Part shown: positions 36,270-49,700 of the stretch, in pieces
Layout: the number at the start of each line of letters is the position of its first letter
Position numbering within the stretch: position 1 is the stretch's first letter
Assembly (NCBI GenBank): GCA_002633005.1
Contig: NMRA01000114.1
Span: forward strand, 589,237-653,236
Length of the DNA stretch: 64,000 nt
From: Phoronis australis
Lineage: Eukaryota; Animalia; Phoronida
Direction: 5' to 3'
The notes under the pieces: model-generated
What the model saw: only the letters and a program-made list of their open reading frames with translations
Databases searched by the model: none
What the model was told of the DNA's origin: nothing
Program-made: the position numbers and the translations under genes

Positions 36270-36767
36270 TCATGAGTAGTGATTCTCAGCTACCCAGTTC
36301 CTTAGTTCAAGAGAGAGCGGCAAGCTTTGGACATGGTCCGGACGGGTGGACATTCGGATAACAAAGCGACACAGAGATTGTAGAGAGCGAACTTGGTCGA
36401 ACCTTGACATTGGCTTCGAGAAACAAACACTAGAAAACTTGCCCGAGTGGGAATATGTTTTCCCCATCAAATTCTCAATTAAATCCACAATTGATGAGAC
36501 TTTGTCCCGCTTATCTGTTCGGGCACAAAAACCCGCGTTGCAAAGTCCCACACGAAAGTTAAGTGTTCTACCAGACGATCGAACACACAGTGTCACAACA
36601 TATCCCCCGTTTGCGCTATCGCGCACTAAAAATGTCCCGTCCTTCTCATTGGCTAGTTTTTCCTCTGCCTCTTCAGCCGATAGTGCCCCCCAATACCAGC
36701 CACATTTTGACAACTTCAACAATTCCTCGGTTATACACCATTCTTCCTCTGTGCGGTGCTCGGTCAT
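36270..36767 (-). CDS. Intronless minimal SOCS protein (SOCS2/CISH-like), SH2 + SOCS box, 165 aa
   Basis: CGWYWGALS..EAEEKL...DGTFLVRDS (SH2 with intact phosphotyrosine-binding Arg). VRSLQSLCRFVIR...VQSLPLS.EL (BC box plus cullin-box region). Confidence 0.92.
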   Translation of the reverse strand: MTEHRTEEEWCITEELLKLSKCGWYWGALSAEEAEEKLANEKDGTFLVRDSANGGYVVTLCVRSSGRTLNFRVGLCNAGFCARTDKRDKVSSIVDLIENLMGKTYSHSGKFSSVCFSKPMSRFDQVRSLQSLCRFVIRMSTRPDHVQSLPLSLELRNWVAENHYS

Positions 36768-36906
36768 GCCAGTGCCTAGTCGAGATCCTTTCGCATTGAT
36801 GTCTAGTTCGCCTGTCTCTGGTGTTGAAAACTTATCAACTGCTACGTCATCTCAGTTTTAATACTGCACCCACAAAACGTTTTCTCGTTTAATCTCGTCA
36901 CTATCA

Positions 36907-38504
36907 GATAAAGTATCTAATTCATATCGTTGAAAACCTTTGCCACAAATTCCCCACCCACAGATAACGAATTGCAAGAATTTATAAGACTTACCAGGAA
37001 TATGACCGAGTTAAAGAACTTCCCCAACTGATAACGATTTCATGACAAAACCTTCTTTATCGAAACTGAAAGCAATGAAGTAAGCCTATTAAAAAAAACA
37101 CCGCTAAGCCAAGTATTCATAAGAGCCCAGCTGTGCTATTGTGTCACACAGTCAGTGCACTACTCTTATGAAACAGGACTGGACAAATCCCACAGCCATC
37201 AAAGTGTGGCATTTTTACACTGAGATTTCCCGGAAATTGCACACATGCAAGTTATTTTTAGGTGTTGCTCATAATATCATTTTCTCTAGGTATCTACTGA
37301 GTTAGATGTTGACCAGATAACTTACATGAATAGTATTCCTATTATAGGTAGACTATGACTACTGGTGTGAATTGCTCTCTTTCATTCTGTTATATATATT
37401 GCTCATATGCTAGGTCCATTTTTGAATGACATGTGTTAAAACTGTTTTAGATTTGTCAGGTTTTGAGTCACAGTACATGTAAATAAAAGATTTAAAGTCA
37501 TTTTTGTTTTCTACGAGATTATTTATAGAAAAACAGTTACAAGAGTTAAGAATTCATCCAAATACGAATGTGATAAAAAAGAATGTTTGCCTGTACGTGT
37601 ATACTTCATTCGAAGCTGAGATGAGGAAACTGATTGTATTATTATTTCTCAACTCCATCTCTTTGAATACCTCATTTTTAATCATTTAAAGATATTACAG
37701 TTTCTCATTTGGAGAAGCAAAATACTTTTTTCTGTAAATGTTACCAAGTAAAGTCGAATGTACTGTTTTGCCTACGCCGGTACTCGCCATGCGCGCACTC
37801 AGGGGGGTTCGGGGGCTCGAGTGAGCTCCCCATTTGGCGAAGTGGGCAAAAAGGTCCATCTCAGAGAAANTGCAGACGACAGCGGCACTTGGACTGGTCG
37901 ACTTGTCTTCCTGAAGAAAACACAAAATTAAAGACAATCGGTACCGTATCATTGAATAACAAATAATCCTTACCTTTTTGGGTCTTTGGGAAACGTAAAA
38001 AATGATAGTCCAGGGTTTTTCATCGAAGAATTGGAGCAATTTATAGCGCTACAAAATGCGCCTTTCCCCATTGTTTTGGCGCTTCCTGGTTGACCGTAGC
38101 TTGTTCACCACTTGGCGGCGCTAGTAGTAGCGGTAACAGCGAACCCACAAGTGAACTCTCCTATACTACTACACTCCTTGGATAAAGTATCTAATTCATA
38201 TCGTTGAAAACCTTTGCCACAAATTCCCCACCCACAGATAACGAATTGCAAGAATTTATAAGACTTACCAGGAATATGACCGAGTTAAGGAATTTCCCCA
38301 ACTGATAACGATTTCATGACAAAACCTTCTTTATCGAAACTGAAAGCAATGAAGGAAGCCTATTAAAAAAACCACCGCTAAGCCAAGTATTCATAAGAGC
38401 CCAGCTGTGCTATTGTGTCACACAGTCAGTGCACTACTCTTATGAAACAGGACTGGACAAATCCCACAGCCATCAAAGTGTGGCATTTTTACACTGAGAT
38501 TTCC
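36907..38504. repeat. 324-bp near-identical direct duplication (36907-37230 and 38181-38504)
   Basis: gataaagtatctaattc ... acactgagatttcc is present twice with a few substitutions. An N lies between the copies (37870). Confidence 0.9.
37062..37235. promoter_or_regulatory. IRF (ISRE) and STAT (GAS) motifs upstream of the intact SOCS gene
   Basis: GAAACTGAAA at 37062-37071 and palindromic TTCCCGGAA at 37227-37235. Confidence 0.55.
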
Positions 38505-38760
38505 TAAAAATGTGATGGAAATCACCAGAAAGTTTCATGTATTATCACTAAAATGTTATTGGTATAAAGATTTTTAAAATTCTGCAGTATTACTTGCACG
38601 AGTTGGATACAACGGAACCAAGATTTCCTCAGAATTAGGCGAAATCTGACTTATTCGAAGATAATTACTAATTTGGAATAAATGCTTGACCGTTCAACAG
38701 ATTTTTCTCCAGTTTAGCGAATATTCTAGTCTCATAACAAAATAATTATATTTGATAACG

Positions 38761-39046
38761 CATGGGCGCACCCAGGGGGGGGGGGGGNNNGGGGGGGGGG
38801 GGGGGAGGCGAGAGAGATCGAACGACTCCCCAAATTTGGCGAATTGGGCAAAAAGGTTCGCCTCAGTGAAATAAAGTCCGAGTGAAAGACACAAAAGTCC
38901 ACAAAAGACACAGGAAATCGGCACAGATGCACAATTCGTGGCACGAACCTAATGACCCCTTTTTAGTCCTCGTTAATTTTCTTCAGTAAAAGGTCCCATA
39001 TCGAGAAATTTGAGCCCCCCTATATTGTAGGCTGTGTGCGCGCATG
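38761..39046. mobile_element. Non-autonomous DNA element with CATG termini
   Basis: TIRs CATGGGCGCACCCAG / CTGTGTGCGCGCATG, flanked by TAACG on both sides. A related left end starts at 37788 and is cut by the N at 37870. Confidence 0.7.
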
Positions 39047-40632
39047 TAACGTGTCGCATCTATTCGGGTTAATTCCAATATCTGGTCAAAATCCAACATA
39101 TGTTCTATTCATGACTGTAATTAACCTAAGATGGCTTGACGAAGATCAGAATTCCAATAACCGGTAGCCCGAAGGTTCATTGATTCGGCTGCACGCACTC
39201 CGCGCATGCTTTTTACACCAGAAGCAGGGATCACATTAACTATGGCAAGCAGGCACTGGAGATTCCTTTCTGTGATACCACGACCTACTTCATGCTGCTG
39301 AAGAGGTGAAGCTCTATAACTGATGAGTCTTATCAAAGATTTGTGATTATTATGTCTGTTTTACGGGTTCCAGGTCAAACGGTAGCAGTCCCAGTTCCTT
39401 AACCTAACCCTTAAGCCTAACCTTTAGGCTAAGATCGATGAGTTGTTGTCCTGACCATAATCATCTCATAGTCATTATTCAGTCAAAACACTGCTCACAG
39501 GAGCTGCTAAAATTAAAAACTGATAGGCCTACGACAGCGGATGACCGTGGTCGGGAATATTTAGAACCAAGACTTACACTTCGTAGTAGGCCAAAATGAC
39601 GACAATCACTCCCTAAACATCTTTAAAGGTAGTTCAATCAAAAATCACGAATAACAACAATTTGAAAAATTAAATAAATGCAATCTTATGTCGAATTTGT
39701 TGTGTATATGTCTGCATCCTCAACCATACCTTGTCGCCTATCGCTGTCCTTTTGAACATCTCTCCCTAGCTGAGGAAGGCCACCGTCGTGCCGGGGTGTT
39801 CTTTGTTGACGACGACAAGCTTATACATTATTAAAAAACTGTGAGTCCAAATTTTCAAAAGAAAATCCCTCGTTTCTGCCAGGACAGGCGGTCTGCCGGT
39901 ACCGCACTGCGCCATGTAAATCCACTCATCTTATTACGTAGTACTGTGAAGTGGAAATGAAAATGTCATAACGAAACACAACCATTTGCTAATTCAATGA
40001 CTTCAAAGAGGAAGTCTCTACAAACGTGTTAGAAAATGGGTTACTATGGAAACATTTTACAAAAAAGATTGCGAAATACATATTAGTGATGTCATCATCG
40101 ACTAAGTCTAAAAAGTCTAACATGATGTAAAGTTTTCAGTAGTGTCCTGTCTTCCCACGAAGTAGAGAGTCCGAGAGAAGAGTTTTGGCAAAGTGAGTCG
40201 CATAACGAATAACCAAGAAGACATGCTCAATAGGAAGGTGAACACTCTTGACAGGGGCTAAACTTCACCAAGATTTTGCCCCCTCCCCTCCCCCTCCATC
40301 TCTCCGTAGACCCAAATTTCAGATTCCCTCTATCGCTATCGCTATCGTCAACAGACAGCTCCGCTCCTCTGGTCGTTGCCAATTTCGCACCTCCGCCATA
40401 GGTGTGCGCACTTTGTTGTTTGGAGGGCAAACTCCAGGAAGTGGGCCCTGAGACATGTTTAGCCTGTTTCAACAAAATTTCAAAAGAATTGCTCACATTA
40501 ATATGTTACACGGGTTATGCGTCTATGGTATATTTTTACCTCCCGGGTTATATTTTTATGAAATAAACTTAATATCTCCATGATAGCAAGTAGCTGCATA
40601 TATTAATAAAAACAACAGCGGATTTAAAAGAG

Positions 40633-40677
40633 CATGACATGTTTCGGTGTCGTTTATTCAAACACCATCATCAGAAC
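40633..40677 (-). ncRNA. Minimal type I hammerhead ribozyme (core intact, weak stem I)
   Basis: Minus strand reads GUU-CUGAUGA-U-GGUGU(uugaauaaacg)ACACC-GAAA-CAUG-UC^AUG. Confidence 0.7.
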
Positions 40678-40888
40678 ACGAGAGAGCCTAGCGGCCACCT
40701 AGCTGGGCCAAGCTACAAATGATGAAACATAGACACAATCAGTTACCAGGAGTGACAATAAACTAGACCAACAATGACAACATGTGGTGCGTTGCTGATA
40801 ACAATGATTGGAGCTCTGTAAATCAGTTACATGTACGTGTATCCATCGGATGAATATTTACAGCTAGGTGGCCACTATCTTCTCTCTT

Positions 40889-40933
40889 ATTCTGATGACG
40901 GTGTTTGAATAAATGGCACCTAAACATGTCAAG
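40889..40933 (+). ncRNA. Mutated hammerhead ribozyme copy (GAAA to UAAA)
   Basis: AUU-CUGAUGA-C-GGUGU(uugaauaaaug)GCACC-UAAA-CAUG-UC-AAG. The catalytic G12 is lost. Confidence 0.6.
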
Positions 40934-43724
40934 CCCTTTTAAATCAGCTGCTGTTTTTAATAATGAAATTAACTTAACTAAGGTACTAAAATAACTAAGA
41001 CGAAATTTACATTCGTTCCAAAGATCTCTTATAATTTATTTAGTCTGAACATTCCCCTTAAGTACTTTGTTACCACATATGGTAGTTCACAGTCTTAACA
41101 TGCAACAAACTTAAAATATAGACAAAATAACAATACATACATACCTACATACTGAATTTTACAATAATAACAACAACAACACATACGTACATACTGCATG
41201 TTACAATAACAACGATGCATATATTCGTATGTACTGGATGTTACAATAACAATGGGTACATACCGGATGTTTCAATTAACGCACCAAACAAAATAAACAT
41301 AACAATCTACAGGCATAGCTACATACTAATTGTTCAAGTCCAAAAGCACCATGATAAATGTTTTGACACTATAACCCAGAACCTTTGATTTAAGCCACAT
41401 ACCAGTTCCTTGCTGACAGTAGAAGTAATTTCAGGGCTGAGAACAACTGATAGAGCTTTATTACTAAAGACCAATGCATGCAAATGACCGACTGGGTGAA
41501 ACCAGCTTGCTGTACCTCATTACAAAGAACAGAAAACCATCAGTTTTTCACAACCTCAGAATTCTTTTTAATCTTAGTAAGGAACAATCTGAGACACATA
41601 CTGGGGCATCCCCTCCAAATTTGGACTCCCGTTATTTTTTGAAACTTTCCAAACTCAATACAGGTAGGGTAACATCTCGCCAATTTTGGACAAAAATAAT
41701 CGCTAAAATTTCCCCCGTTTTCATTTTTTCAAGTGCTTTTAACATTGTTCTGAAAGCCCAAAATTTCTCAAAACATTGTCTGATGATAACAACAGTACAT
41801 GGAAGTGCATTTATTTGGGGTTATATATCTTCAAAGGAAAAAATGAAAAAATAGAACTTCAGTTATTGGCCACATTGGTGAGACTTTACATTAAATGTCA
41901 AAGATTGTGTGTAGGAGTATATCATGGTAACTTTAATATTTGAGTTCTCAAATGCAAACTGAGAGTAAAAACTTTTATCCAAGTAAACCATAATATACTT
42001 AAATACTAAACACGTATCTCGATTTAGTACTAAAGTAGAACAGAGATTTCAGAGATTACACCCTGGCTCCAGTTTTCAAAGGTACGTGATCCAAATCAAA
42101 CATTATTTTGGGGGAAGTCAGGTTCATAGAATGGGCTTTAATGCATTACTGGTTTAGTAGAAAACTAGAGTTTGGTGACATTGATTCTGGACTACTGAAA
42201 AGTTGAGAAAATAAGTTTTCAAAGAAACACCACTAGTGGGTGGTAGCCTAAACACAGGATGACATTTTGTTCAAACGCTGATCACTTTTTTCACTGAGCC
42301 AACAACACTTACACATTAAAGTCACATTGCATGTGCACATCTTTGGATCACAACTAGAGTAATTATTACCTTGGGACAAGTGTGATTACAACTAGAGTGA
42401 CTATTATATTGGGACACGAGTGTATTTAAGAGTAGAATCTTCCTTTTTTGATTTTGCATTTGTAAGAAAAAAATCAAGTTCTGAAGGAAGATGAGTGAAC
42501 ACTTCTGGCAGCCATTTTATCCTAATTCAGCCAGTAAAATGGTCAACACTTCGATTTTACTAAATGCACACACTTCATTAAAATGGTTCCTAAAGGAGAC
42601 CATTAAGTCTGAAAATTAAAAATCATCAACCTCATGTTATTTTATCACTTCTAAAAAGTGCAGGGACATGTTTGCAATGGTGAGCCTACGGTAGCCTTAG
42701 CTGCGGGTGCACGGAGGACCTTTGATAAAACAGGCCAGTGGAGTTCCACAATTGTGCTATGGTTGGTTGGGTGCAGGTCACAGGCAGTATTTTTGGTGAT
42801 GTGTTATTTTATCATTGTTTGAAGTAACATATTCCAAAACCACCTACAGCCTTGCTTCAAGGTAACAGTAATGGAACATAGATGACTAGTATCAAAATGG
42901 TTCTCACTCCATTTAACATGAAGTTGAGGAAAACCCTATATAACACTACACAGTAGAAGCCAAAAGTATTCAGAGAAAATGACACGGTATTCCTCATTAT
43001 TACAGCTGGATGGAAGCTAAATCAATCGCCAGAATAGTCTTCTCTGATTACTGAGAATGAAGGGAAATAAACAGTAAAGTTAGTGTCACGGCTAAACCAT
43101 TCCGTGATTCGAATTTCGCCGCCCTAACAGCCATTAGTTGCAACTTCTGCTGTAAACAGAATTAGCCGTCATGTCGGTAAAAGGATATTTTGTCTCATTA
43201 CTTTTGTCTTGTACTGTAATTAGTCTAGACAAAAAGTCACATTCTCCCAATTTGTCGGCCAAAGATCTGATAGAAAAGTTACAATTTTTATAAAGATTCA
43301 AGACGACCACTTCCAAGCAATGCTGTGAAAGTTGAGCAAAGGCAGTAGAAACATTTACAGTATACGCATGCAAACAAGATATATAGACACCAAACGATAC
43401 GGCAAATTCTCCTTACACCCTGAATCAACTCAACAGAAATCGGATAACGGTTCATATGCCACACCTTTGCAACGCTGACTTAAAGGCTAGGCAATGACCA
43501 CTATTGTTGGTCACTATTTAGCAGACTAGATCCACACTTTGGAATTGTTTAAGTTACTAAATTGCGTAAACTGGATGACTAAAGCTTCTCAATCCTCAGA
43601 CCAAAGGCTTGATTTGAGTGCCCCCGACACTTAACTTAGTCCTTAGTAGTGTACCACAAAACTGAGGCAATTAATACAGCCTATCCTACCACAACCACAC
43701 TTCAAAACAATATTTAATCTCTCT

Positions 43725-46700
43725 TCACAGTTTCTTCAAGTCGTAAACAACTTCTAGAATGCATGCCACACTCCACGCTTGGGCCCTACAGCTATCAGCA
43801 CATTCCTGTAAAACACAAGGTATATTGACAGTCATTACAGGGACATTGTCACTTTTATGGTCAAAAAGTCACAATACATATTTAGACCTCTTGAAGTTCT
43901 TAGCTTTGACCAGAGCTATAAAACAACAAAATATGTTATGTATTACAAATCATCAATCCTTGCCGTTGTCTTCTAGATATTTGCTGAAATCAAGACAAAA
44001 GTATTTACCAGACCCTGCTACTTAATGCATGACATTTGGCTCAGCGGCTGAGCGTTTGGCTGCTACTGCGGAGCTAGGGAGTTTGGTTCCATGCTCCTAT
44101 TGATTTCTGTAAAATCGCATTTCTCCATCAGAATGTCCGACCTTCGAAAAGTACAACTGAAGGATGGAGATTGTACATGGTCTGTCATGATGTGAGAGGC
44201 ATGGTGATACCATTTTATAACACAATACTGCTATTACATTGGAACACATACTTTTAACTGATCTTTCTACGGATAAAGAAAATTAACGAGTGCGCATCTC
44301 AGCACATATTTGTGACATGTCAACAAATCCAAAACAAAGGAAGTGGATAGATGTTACTTTGTTTCCATGAATTCTGGCTGCTTGCATTACAGCGTTCTGT
44401 CGTTCAGTAACTTTTCCAGACGTGAGGGGTGCTGAATGTGCAATAACATCTGGCTCTTTTGTTAACTGCCCAGCTCAGTCTTTTGTCTCGTATGATAACA
44501 AGCAGGCCAATTATCTCCCAGGCTTCAAAGGAAACGTATGGAGGTTGCATGCTATTACCGAACGCGTATGAACACAGTAAAACCCAGTGCGTACGTTTGG
44601 ACAGAATAGATTGTCTTAACTTCTGTTGTAGTTGGGCGATTTTGGTGATTCAAAAACGGAACATGATCAGCATTTGACGAGGAATTCAGAAATGCTATTG
44701 GTTTAAGCTCAAATATGTTATAACTTAACTTTCATTTTTGTCAGCTCAGCCTAGTCAGTCTAAATACGATCTGATCGGAGATTAGAGCAATTATCGAACA
44801 AAAGAGNACACCACTTCAAACAAATACCATCATACAAGAGCTTTGTACAATGTTTAACTTATCTTGCAATGGCGTCTTACCTTTCCACCATCGTTGGTCA
44901 GTTCAGGTAGCGACTTCCAATCAGATGACTGGATGGCTATCTGGTGTCTGGAGAGCACTGATTGGACAAAGTCGAGGGTACTCTTCAACAGACCTGGATG
45001 TTTCTGGTCGAGAATCTTCGCGAAGTAGAGCTTGGCTCGCAGGAAAAAGCCCATAGGCCACAGCCATTCCTGAATAAAAGTTGAACAATGAAATAAAGTA
45101 AAAGAAAGCGAGATGGCACACGAAGATTATTCCTTCTATTTGGGACATTCTCTTGAATTTTAAACTCCAAAATTGACATTGAACTTTCATAATTCTGAAG
45201 CCATTTTTACTTTTGTCACATTTAAGCACTGTACTTTACAAGTTACAAACTATCAAAATGAAATTAAAAAGCCTATACCCCTAAATGATCAAATTAAATT
45301 ATATTTGTCCATCGAATGCTAAGAATTCTTCAGCGCTGTGCGTTGATGATGGAAAAGGCATTACAGTCTCCATGGATACACGATGGGTGATACTCAACAC
45401 TCCTCACACATGTCCTCTGTTGAGTGCAAGCCTGCCCATTAATGTTCCGTGTCTGCATGCTTAAATCACAATCAAGAAAAGCGAAATTTCGGATAAGAGT
45501 TTTGGCTGCAAAATTTCAACTCTATCAACTCACCGGGCCATTGTGATAGTTGAACCCATGCGCCACCTTTGGGTCACTGGAGTCATCACTATTGACATAG
45601 TCCCCGTGATAGGCCCAATCACTGCAACATGACAGATAAGTACATGTGACCAGCTGCTATAAATCTTCCATCACAAAAAAGAACAATTTTTGATTCAGAC
45701 CACTTACTGTTATGACATTGGCCACCCTTAGCCAATCCGAAGATGATTTCAGGATTTTTGACACTTCATTTTTGCTTGAGACCAGGCTTTGCTATTCAGA
45801 ATCCACATGGGATAATAAAACAATTAACTTGTCAGCCACGACCATAAGCCCAGTGCTAAGCTGTGTTTATTTACACAGTCCAACTGAGACAGTTGTACGA
45901 CTAAGAGCAGGGTTCACAAAGAACTACTTTCACCGACCTTGCATGTCAATTTCATAACGCCTAATGTGTGCAAACGACACCCATGATATACAACTGCTCA
46001 CAAAAATTCTAAGCCATCTGTGCACACTGGTTACTCCCTTAAGCCCAAGATTTTGGTTTCCACAGTGTCTCAATTTATGCGTGGAGCACAATCTCAACAA
46101 ATAACAAATTGCCAGTTCTTCACAAACCCAGAAATCACTTCTCGTTTGAGTAAAGAGAAAGTTGAGGTTAATTCTATAGAAGTTAGTGGTCTAAATCAAA
46201 AGTTCACTTCCTGAACAGAGCGTGGGATTATGGGTACTTCAAAGCTCAGCTACCAACATGTTGCCTAACAAAAAAAATTAAAAGAACATCTTATTATATC
46301 ACTACTGTTACTACTGCAAGTACTTATCAACCAGACATAATTACAATGAGTGTTAATTTGTAATAATTGCATGATCTCATCATGATGCAAAGTTCACCAC
46401 ACACACCGTTTGGGCGCACTTGAAAGTTGCACATTCTACACACTGTCGTTGTGTGACAATAATTTGGATATAAAATAGTGAAACAGGTGACACCTCCAAT
46501 AAACAACACGTGAAATACATAATGGTTTCACAACAGTTGTTAAATGCCACAGAACTCAGGTGGCGCTGTTACACTTCAAGACGGGACTACTATTGCTCAA
46601 TAACACGTAACGCGATGAACACCAAATGCAGAAAATAACCACCACAGTTCCCCACCAAGTTGAGCAAATGGAAGCAGAAATCACAGCTGGAATGGCGAGT

Positions 46701-49700
46701 TATAACACGCCATAATGAGTATTGACGGGGGAAGAGAACGTTGTGCAATATTTCTGACATGTATCGTAAGTAGAGATAGTGTCAGGCGTGTTACTCACTC
46801 AGGGTCAAGAGTCTTCAAACCCAGCGGCCCTAGCAAGTGCTCCTCAACACGAGTCAATGCTAGCCACGCATGGTCCGCATTGAACATCTCAGGAGCCTGA
46901 AAAACGAATCCACTATAGAGAGGCCTTTCAAGGTCGCACACTCCTTTCAAGGTCGCAGAACCTTTAGGGTCAACATTATGATTATGAAAAAATTAATATA
47001 AGACACAGTTTAGTGAGTTTGAAATAAAACACAAGCGCTGTACAAAAACCTCGTGTACCATAAGACAGCTATAGAGTCTGTATTAAGTCCTTTCAAGGAC
47101 ACGGAACCATTAGGGTTGACAAAATAATTATGAAAAAAATAATATAAGACGCAGTCTACTGGATCTTTATGGTACCACAACGGCAAGGAGCTTGAGAACT
47201 ATTCTTTGATCTTGAAAGTACTATTTACATCAAAATACATACAAACTAGTCGTGACTGAGCATTGGCCCAAAGTGGTAACTCATACCATAGAGAGTATTA
47301 AAGGTAAAATCCTGGACTTTCCCAACAGATTCACAATAGCTAGAATAGCATCACAAGTGTATTTGTCCCACTTACACGCAATACCGTGACTTTTACGTGC
47401 TAACACTGGACTAGCAGCTGACGTCATTTCCACACAAAGGATTAAGACTATCCACAAATTTACTGTACAAAACAAATGTTACAGGTGAGCAAACTTGTGC
47501 GAACAGTGCAGAAGTCAGTTACAGAGACAAATGCTCACACAGTGTGCTTTATTGAGCTGTCTGGGAATGATGTCACCAGACAAGCTAAAAGTTTCTATTT
47601 ATAGCTCTTGTGCAGGTCTGAAAAGAGTTGTGTATTACTACATACAACTTCCAAAAATACATTTCTTTTAATATTAAACCCTGAGATTACATCTTAAAGA
47701 CCTGCAATTTAAAGTGTTAGCATACCACGAAACCCTGAGAGTATACCTTTAAGGCATGCAACTAAAAGTGTTTACACACCACAAATCCCTGAGAGTATAC
47801 CTTTAAGGATTACAATTACAAGTGTTCACATACCACAACCATGGCTATTGTGTAATTCGGCCTGAGCTGAGTATTGGCCCAGAACTGTGTAGCAAAGTAG
47901 GTGTCCTTGTATATCCCACGTTTGTTGATCAACTCAGGGTTGGACTCGGTGGAGCGTGGCCGCGAGTGGACCCAGAAGCACTTCTCAAAGTTTTTCTCCA
48001 GTTTCTTATTCCACTCCTTGAAGGTCACCTCAACTTTTTCACCTGAAACATCAAAAATTTAATATTTCAATTTTATGTTAAACGAGTTAAGAAACAACTT
48101 GGATACTGCGAAAAGACAGGAAAATCAACCAGAATGCTTCAGGGAACTTGTTAAAACAGTTATTTGCAATTTAAAATTATCAATGTCAAATAACATTTTT
48201 TTCAAAATTTCAATCACATAGCAGTATGTACTTCAAAACCACAACAAAGCTTTTGCAAAAATGTGACGAAATATTTTGCTACCAATAACAAATAGAGAGT
48301 GAATGATATCTTTCTCAACATTGTTGACCTGAGCTGGGCCTGATGCACACGAACATTGTGTAACATGGCCCGGAACCAAAGCAAGTAAGTCTGTTAAACT
48401 GTCGGAGATGAGAAACAGAGTTTAACTCATACAAAAATGTCTAGGATCCATTGTCGTAATGAATTGATAATATATTTTGAGACTAGATTGACTCACTGGC
48501 ATTTGTTCTATAAAGCTCTCACGAAACATTAGTAGGTAATAAGTTTACTGTTTGTTATGATTCAGTCTAAGATTTTAACAATTATTCAAAAATACAGAAA
48601 AGCATAGCTCTTGTTCAAAATTCCACGAGAAAAGAAGCAAATCACTTCAGATTGTTTTGATGTCCTGTGGGTGACATCTTCCACAGTGATGTTGAGTTTT
48701 CCCACTAGTTGGCATTGAAAACAATGGACAGCAATACTTGACAGGAAGTGCTGGGTTACAAGGGAAAAAATATTGAGTCCAGCTGGATCAAAAAAGTCAT
48801 GAATAGAAATGAGGGTGGTCTCTGTCTCACACCAGTAAAAAACACCTAGCTTTCCCTCCATGCCACCAGGCAAAAAANGAGATAGAGCAGCGGACGCCGG
48901 ACGGACGCCGCCCGGACGGACGGACGGACGGACGGACGGACAGAGATGACGGCATAATGCGTCCACATATAAATATGTGGGCGCATAAAAATTTAATATT
49001 TCAATTTTATGTTAAACGAGTTAAGAAACAACTTGGATACTGCAAAGACAGGAAAATCACCCAGAATGCTTCAGGGAACTTGTTAAAACAGTTATTTGCA
49101 ATTTAAAATTATCAATGTCAAATTAAATTTTTTTCAAAATTTCAATCACACAGCAGTATGTACTTCAAAACCACAACAAAGCTTTTGCAAAAATGTGACA
49201 AAATACTTTGCTACCAATAACAGATAGAGTCAATGATATCTTTCTCAACATTGTTGACCTGAGCTGGGCCTGACGCACGCGAACATTGTGTGACATGGCC
49301 CGGAACCAAAGCAAGTCTGTTAAACTGTCAGAGATGAGAAACAGAGTTTAACTCATACAAAAATGTCTTGGATTGATTGTCGTAAGGAATTGATTAAACA
49401 TATTTTGAGACTAGATTGACTCACTGGCATTTGTTCCATAAAGCTCTCACGAAACATCAGTAGGTAATAAGTTTACTGTTTGTTACGATTCAGTCAAAGA
49501 TTTTAACAATTATTCAAAAATACAGAAAAGCATAGTTCCTGTTCAAAATTCCATGAGAAAAGAAGCAAATTACTTCAGATTATTTTGATGTCCTGTGGGT
49601 GACATCTTCCACAGTTATGTTGAGTTTTCCCACTAGTTGGCATTGAAAACAATGGACAGCAATACTTGACAGGAAGTGCTGGGTTACAAGGGAAAAAATA

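Larger units (their letters stand above)
40570..40964. mobile_element. Penelope-like pseudo-LTR copy B with an inverted partial second copy
   Basis: 40570-40790 matches 24182-24400. 40602-40705 is inverted at 40861-40964. Each arm carries the hammerhead motif. Confidence 0.8.

Noticed and set aside
36346-36861. 171-aa plus-strand ORF (and the similar one at 33102-33371)
   Set aside because: They are antisense shadows of the SOCS coding sequences.
39399-39430. Telomere-like (CCTAAC) motifs
   Set aside because: There are only 3-4 degenerate units, so this is not an interstitial telomere array.
39767-39800. CTGAGGA-A-GGC...GCC resembling another hammerhead
   Set aside because: It is followed by GGGG rather than GAAA and has no stem III/UH, so the core is incomplete.
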